Notes under the pieces: generated by a model
The model's input: the letters and a program-made list of their open reading frames with translations, nothing else
Told to the model about the DNA's origin: nothing
Database searches by the model: none
Assembly: GCF_009914755.1 (NCBI RefSeq)
Contig: NC_060937.1
DNA from: the human T2T-CHM13v2.0 reference genome, Homo sapiens
Reading direction: 5' to 3' (one strand)
DNA length: 64,000 nt
Position numbers and translations under genes: made by a program
Shown here: positions 46,401-59,845 of the stretch, one piece after another
Layout of the letters: every line of letters starts with the position of its first letter
Position numbering within the stretch: the first letter of the stretch is position 1

Positions 46401-48296
46401 AGGGGAGTTTTGTTTCAGCAAATGTAAGATTAGAGTCTGGGGTGAATCAGAGTATTGTATTTGTTCTGGATGAACTGAGAAGCAGAGAGAACAGGTGTAA
46501 ATGAATGCCCGAGAATGTTTCCGATCTGTTTCATAGCTGAACGTGGAGAGTTAGATGTCGATCTTCCTTCCACCTTCTTCTTTAGTCAAGTAGGTTGAGA
46601 GCACCAGGGATCATTTTTTCTTCAACCTTTTAGCTCAGTGATACCCAGAGCAATGTGCCTACTCAGTGGAGAAGATAGTATTTGTGTGAATAAATTTACT
46701 GTTCTGTGTGTTACATGTCTAGTTAGGAGTGGTCCTCTAATTCTGTAGGAATGAATCAGATGGTTGTAGCCCCTTCTGTTTCTTGAATTATCCTTTGATT
46801 CTTCTCAGCTTGACCATGAAATTCATCTTTTTCTTATTCTTACTGCCTTTCAGATGTAGTTACTCTAGAGTAGGGCATGTAGGTAGGGTCTTAGTAAAAG
46901 GAGAGGAATTATAGATGTGGCCTTTTTCAAACCCCCAATGCATATAGGCATGTAAATCCTACTCATAAATGCCTGCAACAACCTAGATGTGGATTGCATA
47001 TTTATTATGGTAATAATGTTTAGTTCTAAATTTTTCAGTCACGAATCTCTTACATATTGATATGTCTGAAATAAGATGTTTTCTTAGGATTTCATAAGCA
47101 CTTTTCTATATTTTACATGTGGTTGTCTAGATTTTAGCATGGTATCCCTATACATAGTAACTAATAACTAGTAGTCATTTGGTGGGGGTACCTTTGAGAA
47201 AACAGTAAAATTAACAGTAAACAATAACATTAAGATTAAATATATTAACATCCTATTGATGTTAATTAGTATTGGTGTAAAGGGTGTCAGTGTATTCATC
47301 AGCTGCTCTCTCCGCCATAGTTAATATGCTGCTCTCTCAGCCATAGTTAATATAGGTCATAATCTTATTGCTCACTGTGTGCGAGGTGGTGTAAGTTAAA
47401 CTGCCCAAACAAATAGATCCAAAATGTAATGACATGGCTTAATATGACAAAAATGTATTTCTTGCTTTTGTAACACTCCAAGGCAGGTGTTCAGGTTGGC
47501 TAGGATGCTCTTCACATAGCTTATAAGGGACACAGGGGAAGAGCTTCTCAGCATCTCTCAAGTGAGCTAGAAAGGAAGGGGAAGAGCATGAAGGAGCAAG
47601 AATGGGAAGATGGGATGACCCAAGCCTGGAAGTTTCTCCTATGATGACTTTTGACTAAAATCTGGACTTAAACTATTTTAAGCAGCTTGGCTACATTTCC
47701 CAGCCTCCTTTAGAAGCAAAAGTTTTTAACAGTTGATCCTGGTTATCTCATGAATATACATTTGAGATATTTTCTCATTTGCATCTTTTGTAATGACTTT
47801 AAAAATATCACCAAAGCAGCTGCAATAACTGATTTATCTAGCGTCAGGGGAAATGAATCTTTCCAGCATACTTGAATTTTTTGGGTATCAGAAGCTTACA
47901 GTTTTAATTGTCAGAACTTTATATTTTCCAAAATTTTTCCATAGTACTCTCTGGCTTAAAACAAAATATAATCTTATTTATTGATGACTCTTGTTCAACT
48001 ATATGTGCCTCAGTAATTGTATTGAACCAGAATACACTGACTCTTTACATATCCAAGTTTGTAGAGGAGTTTATTTCAAGTTATGTGATTACTTAGATTT
48101 GTTATTCTTTCCACTGGTCTTCTGCTCCAATGAATTAGTTATAACTTTTTGAAGGTAAGGTCTTTCTCTTGCTTCTGAGTCTCTTAAAGTGCCTGAAAGT
48201 AGTGCCTTGAATGGCCATAATCTGGCAAGCTTACTTTGATCATTTTTTTTGTTTTTATTGGCTTTTTTATTGGTAATTCTGTTGTGCTGTTTGTGA

Positions 48297-48487
48297 CAGT
48301 GATTCTCAAATTTCAGTCTACCAGAATCACCTAGAGGCTTGTTAAACTCCAGCATTTGCGTGGTTCCATCCCCAGAGTTTCTGATTTAGTAGCTCTGGGT
48401 GAACCAGGGAAGATTTGCTTTTCTGATGTGTTCCCAGGTGTTGCTGATGCTGCTGCTTGTCCTGGGACTTCATTTTGAGAATGACTG
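48297..48487. mobile_element. MER5A
   Basis: cagtgattctcaaa ... agaatcacctagag ... cccagagtttctgatt ... ttcccaggtg ... tttgagaatgactg. Confidence 0.82.
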
Positions 48488-50249
48488 CTCGATTTAGAAC
48501 TTTTGTCATTCTTATCTCCTCTTTCCTCTTAATCTCCCTTTCTCATCCTCCTCCTAATCTGCTGAGAGCTAAGAACACAAAGATATCTTTTAGTACCTCT
48601 TTTTTTTTTTCTTTTTTTTTAAATGAGAAAAAGGCTTTGAGTCAAGGACTTGAATTGTTTCCTGTGAATAAGGTACATGAGCTTTATATTATCCTTTGGC
48701 TGAGGCTAGTATCACTTCATTTCTGGTTAATGTCTGTGTTCTGAATAACTAGAGTTATTGTTGAATTCATGAATATAGGAGTTGCCGATGCTTAGTCATG
48801 AATAAATCTGGGAAACGGATTCCTTCCACCTTGGTAATGTTAGTGAGACAAAATATAAATTAGTTACTATAACTTTTAGTTTTTCAAAATACTTAGGAAA
48901 TGAGTAGCATAAGTACTGTGGCTGTTTAAAATATAAAACCCTCAAGCAGAGTTCCATGGATGGAAAAAAAAAACAACCCTATGGTTCTGGAACTAGTAAT
49001 CAGATATCTTTTATTTACATGTTACACTTTAATATGTATGTTTTTAAATTGTTACAAAAAAATCAACTAAATTGTTCACATGAGAACATGTCCTGGCAAA
49101 AAAAGAAAGAGAAAATAAGAGAAAACAACTAAATTGTTGTTAATGTTAGATAAATAAGAGGCACTTATTGATTCAACCACAGTTTTCTGGAGATCAACTT
49201 TAATTTTTGTTTGTACTTTGGTGGTAGCTTTTTTCATTGGAAAGAAATCCAAAATTAAAATTACATTGTTAACTAAATCTTACTTTTTTGTGTGAATTTT
49301 TGTAATTAATTTTCATAAGACACTCTTGTCTTTAAGTTTCTTGTTTGTAAACAACACAACACAATTTATCACTATGAATGAAGGACACCATTTACTCAAA
49401 CAGTCACTACCACTCAAGAAGAAAAAAATGGTTCTTTTCAACCAAAACAGTTATATTTAGTAGCTAACACCTTTCTTCCCTCTGTTTTGATGCTTCGTTT
49501 AAGTAAGTGTTATTATTTAAAAGATTGCCACCATTGTAGAGTCTAGGGAGATCCCATCATTTTAGATCATTTGGCCAAGTTTGGGGACAAGCAGGTAGGT
49601 TACTGTTTTGTTTCTTCAAACATAGAGACCGAAGTAAGTAACCTACTATTATAGGCCAGTGGGTAAGATTCCTACTAGTATAGTTAAAACCCTGATGCTG
49701 GTTTTTTAAAATATGTTGAATTATTCATGTTTTTGGGATTTAGGCACTGCACTTTATACAATCAATAGTCTAATGATATTTGTTAAATTAATTAATGACA
49801 GTTCATCTAGAAATGACACCATTAATACAGGCAAGACTGAAGTTATGTCAAAGGGAAGATTACTATGTGTAGACCAGGAAAACAAAGTAGTTGTGCAGGC
49901 TGTGATCTCTATCAAATATTGAGGACTGTGTGTTTGATAAAGCTCAGGTTAAATTCATCATATAAATTGACATTATGTGCCTGAGTTTGGTCAATAAGAT
50001 TAAATACATTTTATGAGAAAGCTTTAAGGTACTTAATTATTTTGTTAATGCTTACAGTATTTCTAATACCAGATAGTCTTAAGTATCTATCATAGATAGA
50101 TATTCAGCCAAAATGAAGTAGGATTATATAAATTAGTTGATGAAATTCTGTAGTTATTAAGGGGAAAATCAGAGATGGAAATTAAGTTGCAATTATTTGG
50201 GTTAGATCCACATGGCCTCTATTAAAGGTGATTTACATGTAAAAATAAG

Positions 50250-50474
50250 TCTAGGCAACACAGCATGACCTGGTCTCAAAACAAATAAACAACAACCATA
50301 GGCAGGTATGGTGGCACACACCTGTAGTCCCAGCTACTTGGGAGCTTGAGGCGGGAGGATTGATTGAGCTCAGGAGTTCAAGGCTGGAGTGAGCTATGAT
50401 CACACAATTGATCTCCAGCCTGGGCAGCACAGTGAGACCCTGTCTCTGAAAATGAAAATAAATAAATAAATAAA
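50250..50474 (+). mobile_element. 5'-truncated AluJ with (AAAT)n tail
   Basis: cctgtagtcccagctacttgggag ... gtgagaccctgtctct. Confidence 0.82.
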
Positions 50475-51045
50475 TCTTTTTAGAGTACTTTGAAATTTGT
50501 CGTTTTATTGCATAATATAAAGAGATTTTGTACTTTTAATCAGTTCATGGTGTTATAATTGAAATGTCACTGTTACGCAGTCATAAGGTAAACATTTAGC
50601 ACTTTTCCTTTATATTTACCCAAAAGTGAAAACCAGTTCTTGTTTACTTCTCAAAAAAATGAAAAAGAATACTTTATTTGTAATATCTTTGTAGTCTCAT
50701 TCACAGAATTCCTAATCCCCCGCAACCCGGAGGCTGTAAAAATGAGGATAAGGGGTTAGAAATTTCCAAGAAGTGACTGTTGTTAAGATAGACATTGAAG
50801 GACAGCAAAATAAGAGTAGAATTAGGTATCATAAAGAGCATAGTCTTTGAATCCAAGGTTCAGTTTACCCCGAATCTAGATGTTGGATACTTCAAGAGTA
50901 GAAAATTGTTCTATCACATCTTAAAAAACTGTTGTTTTAATGGTAACTATTGATTTGACCCACTTTAAATGGGATATATTATATTTGCATATAGAAGATG
51001 AAGCTCTAGTAGCTTCAACGTAAAAAAAAAAAATCTTTGAAATGT

Positions 51046-51152
51046 ATGCTCACTTTGGCAGCACATACGCTAAAATTAGAACAGTACAGAGAAAACTAGC
51101 ATGGTCCCTGTGCAAAGATGACATCCAAATTCATGAAGTGTTCTGCATTATA
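51046..51152 (+). pseudogene. U6 snRNA pseudogene (near full length, diverged) followed by an A-rich tail
   Basis: atgctcactttggcagcacatacgctaaaattagaacagtacagagaaaactagcatggtccctgtgcaaagatgacatccaaattcatgaagtgttc aligns end to end to U6 with many CpG-type transitions. No PSE/TATA seen upstream. Confidence 0.93.
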
Positions 51153-51778
51153 ATATATTTTTAAAAAATTTATAAAGATTAAAAAATAAAAAATTTATAA
51201 AATACTGTATTGAGAATTTAATTTCCATTGGCATAAACACAAATGATATGCACAGAATTACATATACATGTATTAGGAATCACATTAAGTGTTTAGATAA
51301 GGGATCTGTTAATTTGAGTTCGAGGGTGAGCAACCCTTATCCAAAAACTTTTTTTTAAAGACTCCCTTTTATTATGTTAGGCTAAAATTGTAACCTGTTG
51401 ACAGAAAATAACATAACTGTGATCTATGGGGAAATCAGGCCTCTATGAAAATAATGATTTGTGAGTGTACATATTCCTCATCAATTTTACAGAACAAGTT
51501 TTTAGGTTAGATTCATTATAAAACATCTGAATTTACAGATTAGAATACTATTATCTTTTTTTTTCTTGAGTAGCTTAATAGATATCCAGCATGCAGATTG
51601 TTAAACTAGAATACGAAAATTTTAAATCAGTAATTCTGAAAGGCAAATGTATTGGTATAGTTAGGAAAATCATGGGTAGTAACTTCAGATGGTTGCTTTT
51701 AGTAATTCTTTAAAAAGTGGAAAAAAATTATGTTAAAAACCTCATATAGAGGAGAAGGGATTTTTGTGATTTGCTTAG

Positions 51779-52111
<333 letters not shown>

Positions 52112-54225
52112 TGGAAATTAAGACATTCTTATTAGAATTGTGGCTTATTTTGTTTGGAGGAAAAGTATATTGTGTAGCTGTGTGCATTTTTTTATGTTGC
52201 AAATTAATTTTGTGTTTGAACATTTATTCCTTGAGGAAGCTTTAGAGGTACCTCAGGATGTCATAAAATCAGTGTAGAAATTAAAAAGGCTTTTATAATT
52301 TCACTGGCAAATATCAGGTTTATAGTCTTTCTAAAATCTAATCTCCCTGATGTTTTCCCTTTGTATTTCTGTAAAAAGAATATAGTTCCATTTATTTCAT
52401 CAGAAATTCTGTTTTATTGCATTAACATTGATTTCATGTTAATCTTTTAAAAATTAACCAAAGATGTGTATCAGCATTTCCCAAGGTGCTTTTAAAATAT
52501 ACATTGCTGGCCAGGACCCCTAAACCTACCAATCCAGTTTCTCATCCAGACCTCCATTTTTCTTTTCTTTCAGTTCTATAAATGTCTTTTTTTAGAAAGC
52601 CTTTCAGGTATTGTGATGTCAATCCTATTTAAGAACCAGTGCCTTAAGAGAGTTGAGGCAGTTAAGAAGCACTAGTGTGGTCTGGTACAGTCAGGGAGAA
52701 CAGGCTTCCCCCTTCCTCTTACTTTCAGTTCCATGTGGGTTTTGTTGTTGTTATTTTAAGAGGCAGGGTCTTGCTCTCTTTTCCAGGTTGGAATGCAGTG
52801 GAGTGATCATAATTCATTGCGGCCTTGAATTCCTGGGATCAGGCAGTCCTCCCACCTTGGCCCCCAAAGTGCTGAGATTACTGGCCTCCATATGTTAATA
52901 ATTAGAAGAAAACTTTAATATATTGTTTATTATGAAAAATTAAAATTTTTCATGTTTTGGAGTTTTGTATGATTATGAAGATACTATTGGTGTGCATGTG
53001 AATGTATAATTTCTATATGCTGTAAAAATTATAGGTAACAAGGGTTTTAAACTGATTAATTCATTTTCCCATCTTCAGTTTTCTCTGTAGCTACTACCTA
53101 AGCTATGTGAAAATCTCTTAATTGCCTTAGGAAAGTATGTCCTAACTTGTCTTCATACCTCAATTCATTTTAGAATTTATTAACTCTTATCCTACATTCT
53201 GTTTGCTGAGTTAAGGCTTTTTCTTCTCTAGGCTTTTATGAAGTTGAGTAAACTGATCATCTTCCTCTTGAGTATTCTTTATTTTTCTTTCTTTTTTGTT
53301 TTTAATTTCAAAACCTTCATTTTAAGAAAGATTCTTGAACAGGAAACCTAAGGTTTATTTTTGTGCTCTTCATTTTCCATATCTACTTGGCTTTCATATT
53401 ATATCTATGAACTGTCTTCTATTTTCCTTTTTTTACTCTTGCCATCATAGCCGCTTCCATGCACTATTTAGGCTAATTGGTCTACCCTTGCATTTCTTTT
53501 TTGTATAATAACAAAAGTAATCTTAAATATAGACCAAATCATGACTAAATTGTCATTAGAATAATTTCCAAGCCCCTTACCATGGCCTGCATAATCTGTT
53601 TTATATACCTATAATCTCACCTGTCATTCTTTCCCTTGTGTACTCCGTTCTGGCCTTTTACTGACATTCCCCAAATAATGTAAAGCTCCTTTTGATTCAT
53701 GTTCTCTGCATGTGTCATTCCTCCCATTCCTTCCATGGCTGGTTCCTTCTCTTCTTCTTAGGTCCCTGCTAAAGTGTCACTTATAAAAAAAGGCCTTTGA
53801 CAATGTAAAGGAAGTTTCCCACCATTATTTTCCATCCTCTTCCCCTGTTTACTTCCTTTAAATAATTGAAGGTTCTATTAAAATACTGCCATCTTTCTTT
53901 TCTGATTAAATGGACCTAGTCCCTTTGACTCTACTTCATATAGGACCTCACTCTTTTATGAAGTACATCTCCTGTTCTTTAAGAATATGTATTTGAACAT
54001 GGTCAGCCTTTTCCCCATCATCTCTGTGCCTTTGCTTGGGCCTTATGTTGCCTGGAAGGCTCTCCTATTTATTGAGATCTTTGCCTGCTTTTTATTGATT
54101 AGGTCAAATGTCATTTTCTTGGAAGTCATAGCTACTTCTCTGGTCATTATAGTATCTCCCATTTCTTTGCTTTTATAGTGTGTTGAGTATCTCATAATTT
54201 TTTAGTATTTTTGTCTTTCTCTAAT

Positions 54226-54234
54226 ATACACACA

Positions 54235-54283
<49 letters not shown>

Positions 54284-54578
54284 GTATTTATTTTAGAGAT
54301 AGGCTGTAGCCCAGGCTGGAGAGCAGTGGCTCGATTGTAGCTCACTGCACCCTCAAACTCCTGGGCTCCTGTCTCACCCTGTGGAGTAGCTAGGACTAGA
54401 GGCACTCACCACCATGCCCAGCTGATTTTTAAATTTTTTTTTTTTTTTTTATGGAGTTGTGGTTGCTACAGGCTGGTGAAAGTTGCTCCAGGCTGGTCAA
54501 ACTTCTGGCCTCAAATGATCCTCCTGCTTCCACCTCCCAGAGTATTGGGATTACATACGTGAACCCCGTGCATGGCCT
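54226..54578 (-). mobile_element. AluJ whose tail is a (CA)n(TA)n microsatellite (54226-54283)
   Basis: acacacac...atatatat, then antisense Alu. Confidence 0.85.
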
Positions 54579-57500
54579 TCATGTTAGTTTTATACGTATT
54601 TATTTCCTCCACTAAAGTTAAATGCTCCTGTGGTATTTTATCCTTTATTATGCTCACATATGAAGAGCTACAGTTAAGTATTAAGATTGAACATTTTTAA
54701 GCATTTTAATGAGCTTTATGGTAGAATGTGAACTGTGTGAGTTTAGACCTAGGTTTTATTTCTCGATATCTTCAATTTTTAGAATCTTGCTCAGCGTTTG
54801 ATCTCATGCTGGTTCCAGTGAGCTTTCATATATAGGTACAGATCAGAATCACATACGGTGCTTTGAAAATATAAATTCTCTAGTCCCCATCTAGGACCTA
54901 TTAAATCAAAAACACAGATTTGGAGCATCAGCCTTTATCTATATTTTTAAAAAATTCACAGGAGATTCTAACATATACCCCTTTACATCTAGAGTAAAAA
55001 ATGTTCAAAATGCCAGAAAATTTGAAGGAAGGTAAATTTTATCTGATTTGAATGAGGATGTAAAGGAAAAAACTTTCATGGAAGAAGAACTGAGATGGTT
55101 TTTAAAGGAAGGATAAGATTTTTTTATCTGTTTTAAAAATGGGCAGTTGAGAGTCAGTGAAGTTTGTTATTTTTTCTATTTGTTTTAACCAGTTTAGCAT
55201 AAAGACAATGTTCTCAGTGAATGTTTAAAAATTAATTCAGTCTGAATTAGGTGAAGACTGAATGAACATCTGTGAAGAAAATCTCAGGCATGGTTCCAAG
55301 CCATAGGCTTAGAGCAGGGTTCTTTTTATTTTTGTAGAGATGGGGTCTCCCTTTGTTGCCCAGCCTGGTCTTGAACTCCTGGACTCAAGCGATCCTCCTG
55401 CCTTGGCTTCCCAAAGCGTTTTGTTTTGTTTTGTTTGTTTTTCTTAAAAGCAAACAGTACCTTGGTATCAGTGCATATTGGTTAAATATCAGCTCTCTAA
55501 AAGTGATGATTTTGCATGACTATTTAGAATATTGAAATCATATGGATTCTTTTGTTTTACAGAGCTCTGTCTTAGGCTCTTAGTCCCTGCTTTTGTTATG
55601 TGGAGTTTCTTTTTATCTTTTCAAATATTTATATCCAAAGAGTAGAATTTTGTTTTAAAATTAGCATTGTTAGGCCAGTGAAAACATTAGATTGGGCTGG
55701 AACATGGAAAAATTAATGGAAAATGGCCTAGAGGTAGACAGATTTTTTTTTTTACATGTTAAGTACCTGATGCTCCTCTTTTAAAATCTTTTTAACAGTT
55801 TTATTTGCCATCAGCTTCACAGAGTTTGGCACATTGTTTCTTGAGGGTTGTCAGAATGTGGGGAGAAGAGACTAGTAGGTAATAAGACTGGAAAAGATGG
55901 GTTGGAACCTAACTATATCACTGGAACTCAGAAATGAACAGGCAACCAAACCTTAAGACTTAATTATCATTTCTGCCCCTAGAGAACCTGTGAACCAGAA
56001 GCACCAAAACTTAATTAGAGCTTAGAACATTAGTTTTCATACATTTTTAAAAAATAGCAGCAGTACTCTTGTGAAGTCCTGTGTGAACCCCCAAACCTAA
56101 AGTTACATAAAGCAGATAAAGCTGGAATTTACCGGTTCGGGTTTATTACATTAACTCATAAAGTTATTCAGTGAGAATAACAAGGCTATGTAGTATTTTA
56201 TTGAATATAATAGCTTGAAATTGGTGGGTGAAGAATAATAATTAACTTTGTATCCCTCAAGTCTCCTTTTTTATATTTTTAATCATATAGTAACATGAAA
56301 ATCATGAATTCCATGGGTAAGTTGTGTACTCATGTGTTCAAGTTTCTCTGAGTACATGTGCATTTAAACAAAGATTATTGCAGAGTCACTACCTTCCTAA
56401 TAAAAAACATCTGTATGTATGCACAATGGTGACAAGAGAGAGGCTTTACCTTGAGGTCTGCATGAAAATATCCTAACCCAACACAAAATTAAGTATATTG
56501 GTGTTGGTATGTTAAAACATGAATGCATGTTAATTTGACCTGCATTTGTGTGTTTTTATTTATTTAATAAACAGTGGAAAAACAGATAAAAAGAAATTCA
56601 AATCAGGCATTTACAAAACCCCGAGGCACTGCTGGAAGCCTAAGGTGTAGTTAAAACTGTTTTAAAACCACTGCCATAGGTGGCCTGTTTCTCAGTAGGA
56701 GGGAATTTACCAGTACATAGGTTAAGGAGGCTGGAAGGCTGCAGCACTTTTCTTAGCTGAGATTCCTCATTTGAACCAAAGAGTACAGAAAAGTGATATA
56801 AGCGATTATTTTGTCATTCTGCAAAGGGTAATGTCTATCAGGTGGCATTATACAATGGGTGTTTAGCTCATTGGTGCTTAATCCCCCTGAAACCCCTTTT
56901 GAAAGGTTGGGAAAGTGAGGAATCAATAAGGCATTAAAAACCAAGGAACCAAACAAAAAAGACACTTAACCAAAATGTCAGATGCCTATATTCAAATGAG
57001 TACAATTTTCAAGACAATGCATGGTCACTACTATATTGTATTTCACAAGTCTGAGCTCTTAGGCACTGAGTTTATGGCTGAGAATCAAGATTTGTTCATG
57101 TTAAAACTTGGAAATGAGAAAGATATATTTTAATTAGGATAGATTTTCATTTGATTAATTAATAGCATTGATACTTTTTTTAATGAAAAGTTGTATTGGC
57201 CACCTTCATGATTCTGTCTGGATGCAGGCTTGAGTAACGTTTGTAAACAAAAAAACTTTCAGTCTAATTCATACAAAAGGAAAAATGATGTTTCAGTGTT
57301 ATGAAATTAGCTTGAGCTCTTTAGTTCCTTTTCTTATTTTTTCCCCTTTTTTTTCATAATAGTGTATTATAGATAAAACCACTAACTCATAAAATGGGAA
57401 TGTTCCCTTGTTTTGTTATGGCATATCTTGAAGCTCAAAGGCTATGCATGTTGATTTTTTTTTGGGTTTAGACATAATAAGGAAGGCAAGCCACTATTTG

Positions 57501-57679
57501 AGGTCTTGAAACAGAACATGTTACTCTTTTCAATCTTTTGATTCAGAATATTTTATTTAACAAGTGAATCAGAACCTTGAATTTAAGGAATTATGTAACA
57601 TTTCACTAGTTCATTATGTATGGCGTTAAGCAGAGTTACTCTAGATATCCAAACTGCTTTTCTGGTGGAGACTTTTAAT

Positions 57680-57707
57680 CCCACCCCCCCCACCCCCCAC
57701 CCCCGCC

Positions 57708-57743
<36 letters not shown>

Positions 57744-57774
57744 TGCACACACGCACACACACACACACACACAC
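57680..57774. repeat. C-rich tract followed by an interrupted (CA)n microsatellite (about 33 units)
   Basis: cccacccccccc caccccccacccccgcc, then acacac...gcatgc...acac. Not attached to an Alu tail. Confidence 0.92.
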
Positions 57775-59529
57775 GGAAAGTAACCAACTTGTCAAAGAAA
57801 AAATACAACAAAATGAAAATAGCTTTGGCCCTTATAATACTTTCCATTTATGTTCCCTTCATATTTTTTCCCAGTGAGAAACCATATGGTTTGTGCTATA
57901 GCTTCTCTTGAAAACTTTGTTAGCTATTTAACAATCTCACTGTAACTGAGTGAAAGCTTTAATCAAGAACTGCCCATGACATATAGATGCCTTTGGTTCA
58001 TTGGCTACTTCTGTAGTTGAAAGGAAGTTGAACTATTTTTTTGGACCCAGTAAGTTTGTCCTTTCCACTTGGGTGTTGAAAGAGCTTATGAGCAGTAGCT
58101 GTTCTGATTTTTGTTGGTTGTTTTCTCTAGGGAACAAGCTACCCTCTGAGTCAGCACTGGACTTGAAGATAAATCCTACAATTCATGAAACTGACTGATT
58201 CGACTAAAGGATGGATAGTTTGGGCAGCGTTGGACAGCTCTATGAGGGGTCTGTTTGTTTAACTGAAGGGATTGTTGAGTTCAGCAACTTTTAATTCCCC
58301 TAATCATAAGGGGTTGCTGTTGTGAAAACAGGGTTTGTGAAGGAATCAGTTCTGGCAATTAACATCAGTATTCTTACTGACTTCGTTTTTATTTTATTGT
58401 CAAACTTCTTTAAAGTGGATAAATTTTACTGCTTTTTTTGCCAGCAAGAATTTGTATGCACTGAGAGGTCAGCATAGAAGCTTTGCAGTCTACTTATGAA
58501 TCCAAGTTTCTTTTTTTAAAATATATGAGGTTATAAACATTTCTCTCAAGTAAACTTTTTGACACTTGGATTATTTCATCTTTACAAAGGTAGTATGCAT
58601 TTGTGGCTTAGAATTTTTAAGATTTAATGGAACTTAATTTGAGTAGTAAATATTTTGCTAGTTTAGTGAGTATATTTTGGCTTATGGCTAACATGCTTTT
58701 TAGATAACTTTTATTAATAAGATATAATGAATTTTTACCCTAAAACTTTACAGGCTTTTAAAAATCAATCTTTGAGGAAATGAGATTAATTATAATGTTT
58801 AATTATATGGATTTTTAATCTGAAACATGAGGGATTTAAGCTACAGAATAAAAAGCTTCATACCCTAATTTTCTGGGCCATAATTATACAGGGATACAGT
58901 GGATTGTCTTTTTGAAGATAAAACATGCTGTGGGATGACATAGAAAATCCCAAAGCTGTGTCTGTGTGATAACGCATATAATTTTGTTATTTAAGAATTA
59001 AAAGATTATAAATGTATAAATTTTATTTTAATCATTTGAAAGTTGGGATGGTTGAAAATATATAGGAGTAATGATAGTATTACCTAGTCAGTATTTGAGT
59101 AGATTCTTTAAATATCTTTGATTGATTAGGCTAGAAGTACAAATAGTCATCCATCATGGCAGAGTTTAGAAAATTGGGCTTTAGACAAATGAGTTTGCAG
59201 AAAATTCAACTTTCGCTCCATAGCTGCATGATTCTTATTACCTTGTTAAGCTTGATACTTTTGATTAAGAACATTTTTTGCCAGATTTGATTTTCTCTGC
59301 AAAGGTTAATTTGATTGAAAAAATGAAATTATTTTGAGGAAAGAAGTAAAGGCTAGTATTATTTTAGTGTCTACTTTCTGATTCTGTTGATTTTTGGATG
59401 GTGAAGTGGTTGGTTTTATATTGTACACTCTATTCTGGGATGAGATCCATGTTTAAAACATACATATGCCTATGTCTTGTTTGTCCCAGTCATATCTTTA
59501 TTTGTGTCCACTTTTAAATTTTCCTTTTC

Positions 59530-59845
59530 GGCCGGATGTGGTGGCCCATGCCTGTTATCCCAACACTTTGCTGGGAACCGAGGCGGCAAGGTTGCTTGAG
59601 TCCAGAGTTCAAGACCAGCCTGGGCAACATGTTGAGACCCTGTCTCTACAAAAAATACACAAATGAGCCAGGGGTGGTGGCATGTGCTGGTGATCCAAGC
59701 TACTAGGGAGGCTGAGGCAGTATATGATTGCTTGAGCCTGGGAAGTTGAGGCTTCAGTGAACCATGTTGGCGCCACTGCACTCCAGCCTGGGCAACAGAG
59801 TGAAACGCTGTTTCAAAAAAAGGACAAAAGAAAGAAAAAAGAAAG
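59530..59845 (+). mobile_element. AluJ
   Basis: Dimer with A-rich tail. Confidence 0.85.
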
